From the NCBI GenBank assembly GCA_910579435.1, contig CAJTVF010000001.1, positions 34,412 through 98,411 of the forward strand: a stretch of 64,000 nucleotides of DNA, read 5' to 3'. This document shows positions 36,630-46,299 of this stretch, one piece after another. Origin of the DNA: an uncultured Oscillibacter sp. (lineage in GTDB: Bacteria > Bacillota > Clostridia > Oscillospirales > Oscillospiraceae). The notes beneath the pieces were generated by a model that saw only the letters and a list, made by a program, of their open reading frames with translations, searched no databases and was not told the DNA's origin. Position 1 is the stretch's first letter, and the number at the start of each line of letters is the position of its first letter. Both the position numbers and the translations under genes were made by a program.

Positions 36630-37220
36630 ATGCTGTTTGGAAACAAGGGCGGCTCCTCTGTGGAGTGGTTGATCGCGGGGCTGGGGAATCCCGGCCCGAA
36701 GTATGAGAACACCCGGCACAACATGGGCTTCCGCGCCGTGGAGCTGCTGGCGGAGCAAAAGGGCGTGAAGCTGAACAAGGTGAAGTTCAAGTCCGCCTAT
36801 AATCTGATGGAATTCGCCGGGGCCAGGTGCCTGGTGATGAAGCCCCAGACCTACATGAACCTCTCCGGCGAGGCGGTGCGGGAGGCGGCGCAGTTCTACA
36901 AGATCCCGCCGGACCGCGTGCTGGTGATCTACGACGACGTGTCCCTCCCCGCCGGGAAGCTGCGGGTCCGGCCCAGCGGCTCCGCCGGAGGGCACAACGG
37001 GATCAAGAACATCATCGCCCACCTGGGGACCCAGGATTTTCCCCGTGTCAAGATTGGCACCGGGGCTCCGGAGGACAAGGACGGCATGATCGACTGGGTC
37101 ATCGGCGTTCCCTCCCAGAAGGAGCGGGAGGTCCTGCTGAAAGCCTTCAAGCGGGCCATTGAGGCGGCGGCGTGCGTCATAGAGCACGGCTGCCAGAGGG
37201 CCATGAACGACTTTAACTGA
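36630..37220 (+). CDS. pth: Peptidyl-tRNA hydrolase
   Basis: GLGNPG.KY..TRHNMGF, KPQTYMNLSG, YDD, GGHNGIK. Confidence 0.97.
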   Translation: MLFGNKGGSSVEWLIAGLGNPGPKYENTRHNMGFRAVELLAEQKGVKLNKVKFKSAYNLMEFAGARCLVMKPQTYMNLSGEAVREAAQFYKIPPDRVLVIYDDVSLPAGKLRVRPSGSAGGHNGIKNIIAHLGTQDFPRVKIGTGAPEDKDGMIDWVIGVPSQKEREVLLKAFKRAIEAAACVIEHGCQRAMNDFN

Positions 37221-37238
37221 ATTATAAAGGGATTAGTC

Positions 37239-40200
37239 ATGAAGCATCTGCTGGAAACATTGATGACCCTTCCAGAGGCGGGGGAGCTCCTGCGCCGTGT
37301 GGAGGACGGCGGCTGTCCCGCTGCGGTGACGGGGCTCCAGCCCGTTCAGCGGGCCTGCCTGGGTGCGGCTGTGGCCCGGGCGGCGGGCCGCCCGGCGGTG
37401 TTCGTCTGCGGCGACGAGGGAGAGGCCCGCCAGCTGGCGGGGGACCTGGAGGCCCTTTTGGGTGAGCCGCCGGTAACGCTGCTCTCCCGGGAGTGGCAGC
37501 TCCGCCCCGGAGCCGTATCCTCCCGGGATTGGGAGCGGGGCCGCCTGGCGGCGCTGTACGCCATGGCCCAGGGCGCTCCCGGGGCTGTCGTAGCCGCCGC
37601 CGACGCCCTGATGGCCCGGACCCTGCCCCCAAGGCTGCTGAGGGAGCTGTCCGTGACCCTGCGGGCAGGGGACCGGCAGGACTTGCCGGAGCTGGCGGAC
37701 CGGCTTCTCTCCGCCGGGTATGTCCGCTGCCAGCAGGTGGAGGGCGTGGGCCAGTTTGCCCTCCGGGGAGGCATCCTGGACGTGTTCTCCCCCCTGATGG
37801 ACCAGCCCCTCCGCTGTGAGTTCTTCGACGATGAGATCGACTCCATGGGGGCCTTCGACCCCGGCACCCAGCGGCGGACGGCGAACCTGGACTCCGCCCT
37901 GATCCTTCCCGCCGCCGAGGTCCTGCCCCGGCAGGCGGAGGGGGGCCTGGAGGGCCTGGGGGAGAAGCTGCTGGCGCTGGCGGCAAAATTGGAGAAAAAA
38001 GGGGCTCCCGCCGCCGCCCGCCTCCGGGAGGACGGCGAACGGCTGAAAAGCGGGGCCGTTCCCAACGGCATGGACCGCTACCTGGCCGCCGTCTATCCGG
38101 ACGCCGTGGCGGGCGTCCATTACCTGCCGCAGGACGCCGTGGTGTTCCTCTGCGAGGCGGGCCGGGTGGACGAGCGGGTGAAGGGGACCCTGCTCCAGAA
38201 CCGGCAGGACCTGGAGGCCCTGATGGAGGCGGGCGTCCTGGCGGGGGACTGCGCGAAGCTGCTGCTCTCCGCCGAGGAGCTCTACGCCGCCCTGGAGGCG
38301 TTCCCCGTCATTATGGCCAATGCCCTGCCCACATCCCGCTATCCCTATCCGCCCAAGGGCCTTTTGAGCGTCAACGCCCGGCAGCTCAGCTCTTACGGCG
38401 GTAGCCTGGAGACCGCCGTCGCGGACCTGGAGCAGTACCGGGAAAACGGCAGCGCCGTGCTGCTCCTCTGCGGCGGGGAGACCCGGGCGAACAACCTGCA
38501 CAATCTTCTGTCGGAACGGGGGATTCCCGCCGCCTTGGATGTAAAGGGAACCGCCATGCCAGCCCCTGGGGAGATTCGGATTGCCGTGGGGGCCCTTTCC
38601 GCCGGATGCGAGTGGCCGGCCCTGAAGCTGGCGGTTCTGACAGAGGGCCAGCTGATGGCTCCCTCCCGGAAGCGGGGCCGGCTCAAAAAGGACTCCAACC
38701 GCCAGAAGATTCAGTCCTACACGGACTTGAAGCCTGGGGACCTGGTGGTCCACACCCACCACGGCGTGGGCCGCTTCGCCGGCATCCAGCGGATGCCGGT
38801 GGACGGCGTGGAGAAGGACTATATCAAAATCGACTACGCCGGGGGAGACTGCCTCTACGTCCCCGCCACGGCGCTGGACCTGGTGAGCAAGTATATCGGC
38901 GGGGGCGAGGACGGCGAGGGCCGCCAGAAGCTGAACAAGCTGGGCGGCGCCGAATGGGCCAAGCAGAAGACCCGGGCCAAGAAGGCCGTCAAGGACCTGG
39001 CCAAGGGTCTGACGAAGCTCTACGCCGAGCGCCAGCGCTGTCCCGGCTTCGCCTTCTCCCCGGACTCCCCCTGGCAGCGGGAGTTTGAGGAGGCGTTCCC
39101 CTACGCGGAGACCGACGACCAGCTCCGGGCGGTGGCGGAGATCAAACAGGACATGGAAAAGTCCCGGCCCATGGACCGCCTCCTCTGCGGCGACGTGGGC
39201 TACGGCAAGACGGAGGTGGCCCTCCGGGCGGTGATGAAGTGCGTGCTGGACGGGAAGCAGGCGGCCATTCTGGTGCCCACCACCGTCCTGGCCCAGCAGC
39301 ACTACGCCACGGCCATGGGACGCTTCCGGGATTTCCCGGTGCGGATTGAGGTGCTGTCCCGCTTCACGCCGGCCAAGGACCAGAAGCGCATTTTAGAGCT
39401 GGCGAAGGAGGGCCGGGTGGACCTCCTCATCGGCACCCACAAGCTGCTGCAAAAGGGCATGGAGTTCAAGGACCTGGGGCTGCTCATCATCGACGAGGAG
39501 CAGCGCTTCGGTGTTACCCACAAGGAGCGGCTGAAGGAACTGAGCCGCCAGGTGGACGTGCTGACCCTCTCCGCCACGCCCATTCCCCGGACGCTGAACA
39601 TGGCCCTGTCGGGCCTCCGGGACATGTCCGCCATCGAGGAACCCCCGGCGGACCGCCAGCCGGTCCAGACCTATGTGCTGGAGCACGACTGGGCCATTTT
39701 GGAGGACGCTATGCGGAAGGAACTCGGCCGGGGCGGGCAGATTTACTACCTTCACAACCGGGTGGAGAGCATTGACCTGACCGCTTCCCGGATCCAGAAG
39801 CTGCTGGGCCCGGAAACCAGGGTAGTCACCGGTCACGGGAAAATGAGCGAGCAGGAGCTGTCCGCCGTTATGCGGGCCATGGTGGAGGGGGAGGCGGACG
39901 TGCTGGTCTGCACCACCATTATTGAAACCGGCATCGACATCTCCAATGTGAACACCCTTATCATAGAGGACGCGGACAAAATGGGCCTGGCCCAGCTCCA
40001 CCAGATCCGGGGCCGCATCGGCCGCAGCGCCCGGCGGGCTTACGCCTACCTGACCTACCGGAAAGGGAAGGTCCTCCAGGAGATCGCCGCCAAGCGCCTC
40101 TCCGCCATCCGGGAGTACGTGGAGTTCGGCTCCGGCTTCCGTATCGCCATGCGGGATTTGGAGATCCGGGGGGCGGGGAACCTCCTGGGCCCGGAGCAGT

Positions 40201-40739
40201 CCGGTTATCTCATGAGCGTGGGCTATGACCTCTATTTAAAGCTGCTGGAGGAGGCGGTGCTGGAGGAGCGGGGCGAGGAGAAGCAGATCGAGACGGAGTG
40301 CTCCGCCGACCTGACGGTCAATGCCAACATCCCGGAACGCTATGTATCCTCGCCGGAGCAGCGGATGGATCTCTACCGCCGCATCGCCGCCATTCGCTCC
40401 AACGACGACGCGTCGGACCTGCTGGACGAGCTGCTGGACCGCTACGGCGAGGCTCCCAAACCGGTGCTGGCCCTGCTGGACGTGGCCCTTTTGCGGGCGG
40501 CGGCGGCGAAAGCGGGAGTGTCGGACATCACCCAGAAGCGGGACGTCCTCCGCTTCCAGCTGGCGGTGTTCCGCCCGGAGTCGGTGGTGCGGGTCTGCGG
40601 CTTGAACAAGTACCGCCAGCGCCTCACCGTGGCCGCCGGGGAGGACCCGGCCCTGACCCTGAAGCTGAAGCCGGGGGCCGACGCTTTGGAGAGCGCCATG
40701 GAACTGGTGGAGGATTTAAAGCTGTCCGCCAAGGAATGA
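37239..40739 (+). CDS. mfd: Transcription-repair coupling factor
   Basis: CarD-like RID (VVHTHHGVGRF), GDVGYGKTEVA, DEEQRFGV, TATPIPRTL, QIRGRIGR, TRG motif RDLEIRGAG. Confidence 0.98.
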   Translation: MKHLLETLMTLPEAGELLRRVEDGGCPAAVTGLQPVQRACLGAAVARAAGRPAVFVCGDEGEARQLAGDLEALLGEPPVTLLSREWQLRPGAVSSRDWERGRLAALYAMAQGAPGAVVAAADALMARTLPPRLLRELSVTLRAGDRQDLPELADRLLSAGYVRCQQVEGVGQFALRGGILDVFSPLMDQPLRCEFFDDEIDSMGAFDPGTQRRTANLDSALILPAAEVLPRQAEGGLEGLGEKLLALAAKLEKKGAPAAARLREDGERLKSGAVPNGMDRYLAAVYPDAVAGVHYLPQDAVVFLCEAGRVDERVKGTLLQNRQDLEALMEAGVLAGDCAKLLLSAEELYAALEAFPVIMANALPTSRYPYPPKGLLSVNARQLSSYGGSLETAVADLEQYRENGSAVLLLCGGETRANNLHNLLSERGIPAALDVKGTAMPAPGEIRIAVGALSAGCEWPALKLAVLTEGQLMAPSRKRGRLKKDSNRQKIQSYTDLKPGDLVVHTHHGVGRFAGIQRMPVDGVEKDYIKIDYAGGDCLYVPATALDLVSKYIGGGEDGEGRQKLNKLGGAEWAKQKTRAKKAVKDLAKGLTKLYAERQRCPGFAFSPDSPWQREFEEAFPYAETDDQLRAVAEIKQDMEKSRPMDRLLCGDVGYGKTEVALRAVMKCVLDGKQAAILVPTTVLAQQHYATAMGRFRDFPVRIEVLSRFTPAKDQKRILELAKEGRVDLLIGTHKLLQKGMEFKDLGLLIIDEEQRFGVTHKERLKELSRQVDVLTLSATPIPRTLNMALSGLRDMSAIEEPPADRQPVQTYVLEHDWAILEDAMRKELGRGGQIYYLHNRVESIDLTASRIQKLLGPETRVVTGHGKMSEQELSAVMRAMVEGEADVLVCTTIIETGIDISNVNTLIIEDADKMGLAQLHQIRGRIGRSARRAYAYLTYRKGKVLQEIAAKRLSAIREYVEFGSGFRIAMRDLEIRGAGNLLGPEQSGYLMSVGYDLYLKLLEEAVLEERGEEKQIETECSADLTVNANIPERYVSSPEQRMDLYRRIAAIRSNDDASDLLDELLDRYGEAPKPVLALLDVALLRAAAAKAGVSDITQKRDVLRFQLAVFRPESVVRVCGLNKYRQRLTVAAGEDPALTLKLKPGADALESAMELVEDLKLSAKE

Positions 40740-40768
40740 AAGGAAGCCCTGACGTTTGCAAAAAGGCG

Positions 40769-40993
40769 TCAGGGCTTCTTTTGGGGATAGGGCGTTTTGA
40801 CCTCCTTGCGGCCCAGAAGATAGTCGACGCTGGTGTGGTAATAGTCGGCCAGCTGGTCCGCCAGTTCCAGCGGAAGCGGGCGCTCGCCCCGCTCATACTT
40901 GGAATAAAGGCTCTGGTCACAGCGCAGGGCCGCAGCTACCGCTTTTTGCGTCAGGTCTGAATCCTCGCGGAGGTCTCGAATCCGCAAATTCAT
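40769..40993 (-). CDS. Small XRE-family HTH regulator
   Basis: RIRDLREDSDLTQKAVA..L...QS.YSKYERGER...LA.YY.TSVDYLLG. Confidence 0.9.
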   Translation of the reverse strand: MNLRIRDLREDSDLTQKAVAAALRCDQSLYSKYERGERPLPLELADQLADYYHTSVDYLLGRKEVKTPYPQKKP

Positions 40994-41021
40994 ACAGTAT
41001 CACCGGGAACCAGTATAGTCT

Positions 41022-41059
41022 GGACAAAATGTCCTACTGCTTTTTTGGACTATTTGTCC
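41022..41059. promoter_or_regulatory. Twin palindromic operators between divergent genes
   Basis: GGACAAAATGTCC (41022-41034) and GGACTATTTGTCC (41047-41059). Confidence 0.65.
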
Positions 41060-41085
41060 TAAAATAGAGGGAGAGGTGATATAGT

Positions 41086-41271
41086 ATGCCGGATTATAAG
41101 GAAATGTATTTGATGATGGTGCGGGAAACGGAAAAAGCGGTTCAGACCTTGATTCAGGTCCAGAAAGCGTGTGAGGAGTTATACATCCAGGATGAAGGGC
41201 CTGTCCTGCGGGTACTTCCGAGGAGAAGCGGGGAAGAAATCCCGAATGAACCGGAGAATAGTTTGACATGA
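41086..41271 (+). CDS. Small helical hypothetical protein (61 aa)
   Basis: RBS GGAGAGGTG; MPDYKEMYLMMVRETEKAVQTLIQVQKACEELYI, a pattern I recall next to XRE genes in related taxa. Confidence 0.7.
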   Translation: MPDYKEMYLMMVRETEKAVQTLIQVQKACEELYIQDEGPVLRVLPRRSGEEIPNEPENSLT

Positions 41272-41353
41272 TTCAGCTGGATCTGCGCCAGTCATAACCG
41301 CCGCTACCGTCCCATATAATGGTTCGGACAACCTTATGGGAGGAGTGTGAGCA

Positions 41354-42358
41354 ATGCGGAAACGGATGGCGGCCCTGACCCTGGCCCTCTGCCTGGGGCT
41401 CAGCGGCTGCGCCCTGAAAAAAGAGGAGGAAAACGCCTCCCTGCTGGGCCGGGCGGCGGAGCTGGGGGAGGAGCTGGTGCTGCTGACGGTGGACGGCCGG
41501 GAGGTCCCGGCCTGGCGGTATCTCTATTGGCTGGCCTTTACCTGCGACCAGATCCGGGAGAAGTACAAGGACTCCGGCCTGACCCTGGACTGGGAAACCC
41601 CCGTCCCCGGCGGCACCCTGGCGGATTACGCCAAGGACCAGGCCCTGGCCAACACGGCGCTTTACGCCACGGTGGAGAACTGGGCGGCGCGCTATGGCTG
41701 CGTGCTCAGCGAGGCGGAGCGGGAGGCCCTGGCGAAAACCTGGGCGGAGCAGTCCGAGGCCCGGGGCGGGGAGGAGGCGTACTTAAGGGAGCTGGCGGAC
41801 CTGGGACTGGACCGCCTCCGGGCGGAGGAGCTGACGGAGGTGGGGATGCTCTATGCCAAGCTCTATAATCTCTGCCTCACGGAGGGCAGCGAGCTTTCCG
41901 GCCTCCTGGACCAGGTGGACAGCCTGACGGTGGACCGCATCCTGATTTCCGCCGGAGAGGACCGGGAGGCGGCCCGGGAGAAAGCGGCGGAGGTGTTCTC
42001 CCGCCTCAACGGCGCGGAGGACCCGGCGGCGGCTTTCCCGGCCCTGGCGGCGGAGGGGGACGACGGGGCCGGGCCCCGGACGCTGCTGCCGGGAGACGGG
42101 ACCCTGCCCCAGGCCCTGGAGGAGGCGGCGAAGGCCCTGGAGGAGGGCCAGTACTCCGGGATTCTGGAGTCGGAGGAGGGCTTCTCCATTCTCCGCCGCC
42201 TGGCGTCCGAGGGCGGGACCTTGGCGGGAGAGGCCTTTGACAGCCTGCTCCAGGAAGCCGCCGAGGGAGCCCTGGTCCAGACCGCCCCGGCTTATGACGG
42301 CCTGGACGCCGCCGCGTTTGACAAGGCCCTGACGGAGCTGCGGGAGGAGGGGGAGTAG
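41354..42358 (+). CDS. Lipoprotein with SurA/PrsA-like foldase architecture
   Basis: Lipobox LGLSGC; helical N-domain; parvulin-like segment (VDRILI...F..LA...D...LP.ALEEAAKALEEGQYSGILESEEGFSIL). Confidence 0.6.
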   Translation: MRKRMAALTLALCLGLSGCALKKEEENASLLGRAAELGEELVLLTVDGREVPAWRYLYWLAFTCDQIREKYKDSGLTLDWETPVPGGTLADYAKDQALANTALYATVENWAARYGCVLSEAEREALAKTWAEQSEARGGEEAYLRELADLGLDRLRAEELTEVGMLYAKLYNLCLTEGSELSGLLDQVDSLTVDRILISAGEDREAAREKAAEVFSRLNGAEDPAAAFPALAAEGDDGAGPRTLLPGDGTLPQALEEAAKALEEGQYSGILESEEGFSILRRLASEGGTLAGEAFDSLLQEAAEGALVQTAPAYDGLDAAAFDKALTELREEGE

Positions 42359-42404
42359 GGGGCACCTGGAAAATTTCGTCACCTTGACGAAAACGGCCCT
42401 GATG

Positions 42405-42422
42405 TTGTCAAAGATTTAACGA
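42405..42422. promoter_or_regulatory. Rex operator
   Basis: TTGTCAA-AGAT-TTAACGA vs clostridial consensus TTGTTAA-N4-TTAACAA (2 mismatches), upstream of thiolase. Confidence 0.65.
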
Positions 42423-42447
42423 AATTGTAAAACCTGACGAAAGGCCA

Positions 42448-42476
42448 TTGACGAAACGGGGAAGAATCTCTATAAT
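42448..42476 (+). promoter_or_regulatory. Thiolase promoter
   Basis: TTGACG, 17 nt, TATAAT. Confidence 0.8.
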
Positions 42477-42596
42477 GATAGGCAGAGAAAGGCGGTCAGC
42501 GGTTTGTCAAAAAATTGGCAATCCGCGCCCCGTCTCGCCCGTTGAGACTCCGGCGGCCCGCCGAGCCGCCAAAATATTACAAAACGGAGGAACATC

Positions 42597-43853
42597 ATGA
42601 AAGATCTTTATGTCGTGAACTGCTGCCGTACCGCCATCGGCTCCTTTGGCGGCAGTCTGAAGAACACTCCCGCTGCGGAGCTGGGCGCGATCGTGGTCAA
42701 GGAGGCCCTGAACCGCGCCGGTGTTGCGCCGGAGAACGTGGATGAGGTCATGTTCGGCTGCATCCTCACCGCCGCCCAGGGCCAGAACGTGGCCCGCCAG
42801 GTCTCCATCAAGGCCGGCATCCCCTATTCCGTTCCCGCCTACACCGTCGGCATGGTCTGCGGCTCCGGCATGAAGTCTCTCATTGAGGGCGCCCGTTCTA
42901 TCCTGGCCGGCGATTCCGACATTGTCGTCTGCGGCGGCACGGAAAACATGAGCGCCGCTCCCTTCGCCTCCATGGACGCCCGCTGGGGCGCCCGCATGGG
43001 CGACAAGAAGCTGGTGGACACTATGATCAAGGACGGCCTGTGGGACGCCTATAACAACTACCACATGGGCACCACCGCGGAAAACATCAACGACATCTGG
43101 GGCATCAGCCGTCAGGAGCAGGACGAGTTTGCCGCCGCTTCCCAGCAGAAGACCGAGGCCGCTCAGGCCGCCGGCAAGTTCGAGGCGGAGATCGTTCCCG
43201 TCCCCGTGAAGGTGAAGAAGCAGGTTGTGGACTTCAAGGTCGACGAGTTCCCCAAGGCCGGCGTTACCGCCGAGGGCATCGCCAAGCTGCGCGGCGCGTT
43301 CCCCGTGGGTCCCGAGTCCCCCAATCCCGAGGTGGTCCATACCTTCGAGGTTACCGGCAAAAAGGAAACCGAGGATAAGGGACAGCAGCGGGTCACCGCG
43401 GCCAACGCCTCCGGCATCAACGACGGCGCCGCCGCCATCGTCCTGGCCTCCGGCGAGGCCGTGGAGAAGTACGGCCTGAAGCCCATGGCCAAGCTGATCG
43501 GCTGGGGCCAGGGCGGTGTGGATCCCAAAATCATGGGCGTGGGCCCCGTGCCCGCTTCCCGTCAGGCCATGGCGAAAGCCGGCGTGACCATCGACGACAT
43601 CGACCTCATTGAAGCCAACGAGGCCTTTGCCGCGCAGTCCATCGCCGTAGGCCGTGAGCTGGGCTTCGACACCGCCAAGCTGAATGTCAACGGCGGTGCC
43701 ATCGCCCTGGGCCACCCCGTGGGTGCTTCCGGCGCGCGGATCATCGTCACCCTGCTCCACGAGATGCAGAAGCGCCCCGAGGCCAAGAAGGGCCTGGCCA
43801 CCCTCTGCATCGGCGGCGGCATGGGCGTCGCCACCGTCTTCGAGAAGTGCTGA
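42597..43853 (+). CDS. thlA: Acetyl-CoA C-acetyltransferase (thiolase)
   Basis: VCGSG, NASGINDGAAA, NEAFAAQ, GHPVGASG, LCIGGGMG. Confidence 0.97.
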   Translation: MKDLYVVNCCRTAIGSFGGSLKNTPAAELGAIVVKEALNRAGVAPENVDEVMFGCILTAAQGQNVARQVSIKAGIPYSVPAYTVGMVCGSGMKSLIEGARSILAGDSDIVVCGGTENMSAAPFASMDARWGARMGDKKLVDTMIKDGLWDAYNNYHMGTTAENINDIWGISRQEQDEFAAASQQKTEAAQAAGKFEAEIVPVPVKVKKQVVDFKVDEFPKAGVTAEGIAKLRGAFPVGPESPNPEVVHTFEVTGKKETEDKGQQRVTAANASGINDGAAAIVLASGEAVEKYGLKPMAKLIGWGQGGVDPKIMGVGPVPASRQAMAKAGVTIDDIDLIEANEAFAAQSIAVGRELGFDTAKLNVNGGAIALGHPVGASGARIIVTLLHEMQKRPEAKKGLATLCIGGGMGVATVFEKC

Positions 43854-43883
43854 CCTGCTTTTCTCAAGAGACTGTAACACACT

Positions 43884-43999
43884 TGATTTTGCGAAGCAAA
43901 ATCTTTGCGGAGTACGTTCCCGAAGGGGAAAAGGAACCGAAAAGAGCTTTCGCCCGCTCTGATTGCCTGGCAGTTGACCGGGCTGGAGCGACGGCAGCG
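43884..43999 (+). repeat. Dispersed intergenic repeat, copy D
   Basis: AAAGGAACCGAAAAGAGC (43930) ... GCGACGGCAGCG (43988); aligns with copy A over about 70 nt. Confidence 0.65.
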
Positions 44000-44061
44000 T
44001 AGGGTTGCTGAATGATCAAAGAGGGGCCTTCGGGTCCCTCTTTGGCTGTGAGGGGAGATAC

Positions 44062-44457
44062 ATGAACGAGCGTTGTCAGGGTTTGGGCCATGTGGCCGTT
44101 TATACCCGGGATATCGAAGAGAGCATCACGTTTTATGAGAAGCTGGGCGGCTCCGTAAAGGACCGGGGCGGGGTGCCCACGCCGGAGGGGGAGAAGAAGC
44201 TGGCGCTAGTGTCCTTTGGCGGTATTACGCTGGAGCTGATCCAGAGCCCCGGGGCCATGCCCATGGGGGAGGGGAACGTCCCTCATTTTGCCATTCTGGT
44301 GGACGATTTGGACGCCGCCGCAGTTGCGGTCCGGGCGGCGGGAGTCCAATTTCTGACGCCGGAGAAGAAGGTCCTGCCGGACCTGTTCGGAGGCTTGCAA
44401 AATTGGTTCTTTGCGGGCCCGTCCGGAGAGCAAATTGAGCTGCTGCAAATGCTGTAA
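44062..44457 (+). CDS. VOC/glyoxalase-family protein
   Basis: GLGHVAVYTRDIEESITFYE, LELIQ, HFAILVDDLD, FF.GPSGEQIELL. Confidence 0.9.
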   Translation: MNERCQGLGHVAVYTRDIEESITFYEKLGGSVKDRGGVPTPEGEKKLALVSFGGITLELIQSPGAMPMGEGNVPHFAILVDDLDAAAVAVRAAGVQFLTPEKKVLPDLFGGLQNWFFAGPSGEQIELLQML

Positions 44458-44508
44458 AGGAAAAGAGCTTTCACGTTTAAGTGAAAGCTCTTTTTTATAA
44501 TAGTGGGC

Positions 44509-44754
44509 TTAGCGGAACAATTTCCGCCCTATCCAGATGAACAGGCACGCACCCGCGACGCTGACGATCAGATTGGCGATCCAGCCGTGAGCGTAAAAGC
44601 CCAAAAGGCCAAACACGGTGCCGCCCACGGCGGAACCGACAATGCCGATCAGGATATTGCGGAGCAGGCTGCCTTCCGCATCCATCAGCTTTCCGGCGAT
44701 CCAGCCCACCAGTGCGCCCATGACCAGGGAGCCCAACAGTCCAAATACATTCAT
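44509..44754 (-). CDS. GlsB/YeaQ/YmgE-family small membrane protein
   Basis: GALVGWIAGKLM...NILIGIVGSAVGG...IVSVAGACLFI. Confidence 0.9.
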   Translation of the reverse strand: MNVFGLLGSLVMGALVGWIAGKLMDAEGSLLRNILIGIVGSAVGGTVFGLLGFYAHGWIANLIVSVAGACLFIWIGRKLFR

Positions 44755-44768
44755 GGTTGCACGCTCCT

Positions 44769-45389
44769 TCAATCTTCAATATATTCCCGCACCCGGTAAA
44801 CCGCGCCGATTTCTTCTTCGCAGATTTTCCGGCAGTTCTCAATTTCCTCTTTGGGAATGGTGTCCACCACCGTCATCATGACCGTGGGCACGTATTGCCG
44901 CAGCTTCTTGGCAAAGGACTTCATGGCCTCATAGGCCCCGTTTTGGACCGGGTGGCAGAGGGCGTCGTACTTCTCCGCCGTGTCGGTGTTCAGGGAGATG
45001 GACACCATGTCGAACCGTCCGGCGAAATCCGGGCAGATATCCCGGCCGTGAATCAGATTCCCGGTGCCGTTGGTGTCCATGCGGACGAAGGGCTTTTTGC
45101 CCTTGGCCTTGAGCTGGTCGATGACCCAGCAGATATCTTCAATGCGGTAGCTGGGCTCGCCGAAGCCGCAGAAGACCAGCTGCTTGTATTTTGCGAGGTC
45201 CCGGCTTTCGATGTCCACCAGGATTTCCTCCTTTGTGGGCTCCCGCTCCAGCCACAGATTGTGGGTGTAGATGCTGCCGCCGCGGCCGTTGTGCCGGAGG
45301 CAGAATTCACAGTTGAAGTTGCAGCGGTTGGTGACGTTGACATACAGGTTTTCCCCATACTCATAGGTGATGGTAAATCCTTTTTTCAT
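44769..45389 (-). CDS. TatD-associated radical SAM protein
   Basis: LYVNVTNRCNFNCEFC (CxxxCxxC), VFCGFGEP, DTNG; near tatD. Confidence 0.9.
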   Translation of the reverse strand: MKKGFTITYEYGENLYVNVTNRCNFNCEFCLRHNGRGGSIYTHNLWLEREPTKEEILVDIESRDLAKYKQLVFCGFGEPSYRIEDICWVIDQLKAKGKKPFVRMDTNGTGNLIHGRDICPDFAGRFDMVSISLNTDTAEKYDALCHPVQNGAYEAMKSFAKKLRQYVPTVMMTVVDTIPKEEIENCRKICEEEIGAVYRVREYIED

Positions 45390-45402
45390 AGGTGGCACTC
45401 CT

Positions 45403-46299
45403 TCATTGGTCATAGCTGTAAAGGTGAAAATCTTGCAGGGTAAATATGCCGTTTTCATAGAGAATTTGGGCGGAGGTTTCCGCCACATAGCAGGGCATCG
45501 CGCTGTCTGGCGGACTCAGGCAGAAGGCGCCCCGGAAGCGGAGACCGCCCTGGTCTTCCGTGCTGAAATCAGCAATCATGCCGGAGGAAGCCGACTCCAA
45601 GTCCAGCTCCAATCCCTCATAATGGAACTCTACCAGCTCATGGCCCAGTATGGCGAAGGTCCATCCGTTGAGCTCGGCGGTGTCAAAGAGCTTGGGGATT
45701 TCCTCCTGCCAGAGGCTTTCGGGAAAGGTGTAGGCGGTCAAGGTCCCGTCCGGGCCCTTCTCCAGAATATGCAGTTCCTCAATGGAGACCCCGGTGCCGC
45801 TGCCCACTTGGCAGATGACGGCGAGTCTGTTCACTCCGAGACCGCCGTCAAGGCCCTTTATTTGAGGAAGGGTCATGCTGGGACCGGGGAAGAGTGTCCA
45901 GTCGAACTCCGCTAAACTGTCTCCCCAGCGGATAAGGGCGGTTTCCTGAGAGGTATTGGCGTACAGGGGCAGGCCGTAAAGAACCGCGTCCGCCTCCCGG
46001 TCCTCCGCCAGGACGGCAATGTTCGGACCGTCTGTGACCCAGTGGTCCGCGTTGATTCGATATGTCGTCCAGTCCGTATCCCGGGGAAGGGGAGGCAGGT
46101 CATAGTCCTCCGCCGGTTCCCGCCCCTCCGTCACGACGGCGGGGGCGGAGATGGGCTTCAGCCGTCGGGGCTCCGGCAGGGAGGCGGTTTCTTCCACCGC
46201 CGGGGGCTCGTCCGGCAAAGGTTCCGGCTCTGCCGGGGCGGGAGCGGCGCAGCCTGTTAGAAGCGTCAGGGCCAGCAGGAGGAAGAATATCTTCTTCAT
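45403..46299 (-). CDS. Hypothetical lipoprotein
   Basis: MKKIFFLLLALTLLTGC lipobox, Pro/Glu-rich linker; ATGA overlap with the tatD stop. Confidence 0.75.
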   Translation of the reverse strand: MKKIFFLLLALTLLTGCAAPAPAEPEPLPDEPPAVEETASLPEPRRLKPISAPAVVTEGREPAEDYDLPPLPRDTDWTTYRINADHWVTDGPNIAVLAEDREADAVLYGLPLYANTSQETALIRWGDSLAEFDWTLFPGPSMTLPQIKGLDGGLGVNRLAVICQVGSGTGVSIEELHILEKGPDGTLTAYTFPESLWQEEIPKLFDTAELNGWTFAILGHELVEFHYEGLELDLESASSGMIADFSTEDQGGLRFRGAFCLSPPDSAMPCYVAETSAQILYENGIFTLQDFHLYSYDQ

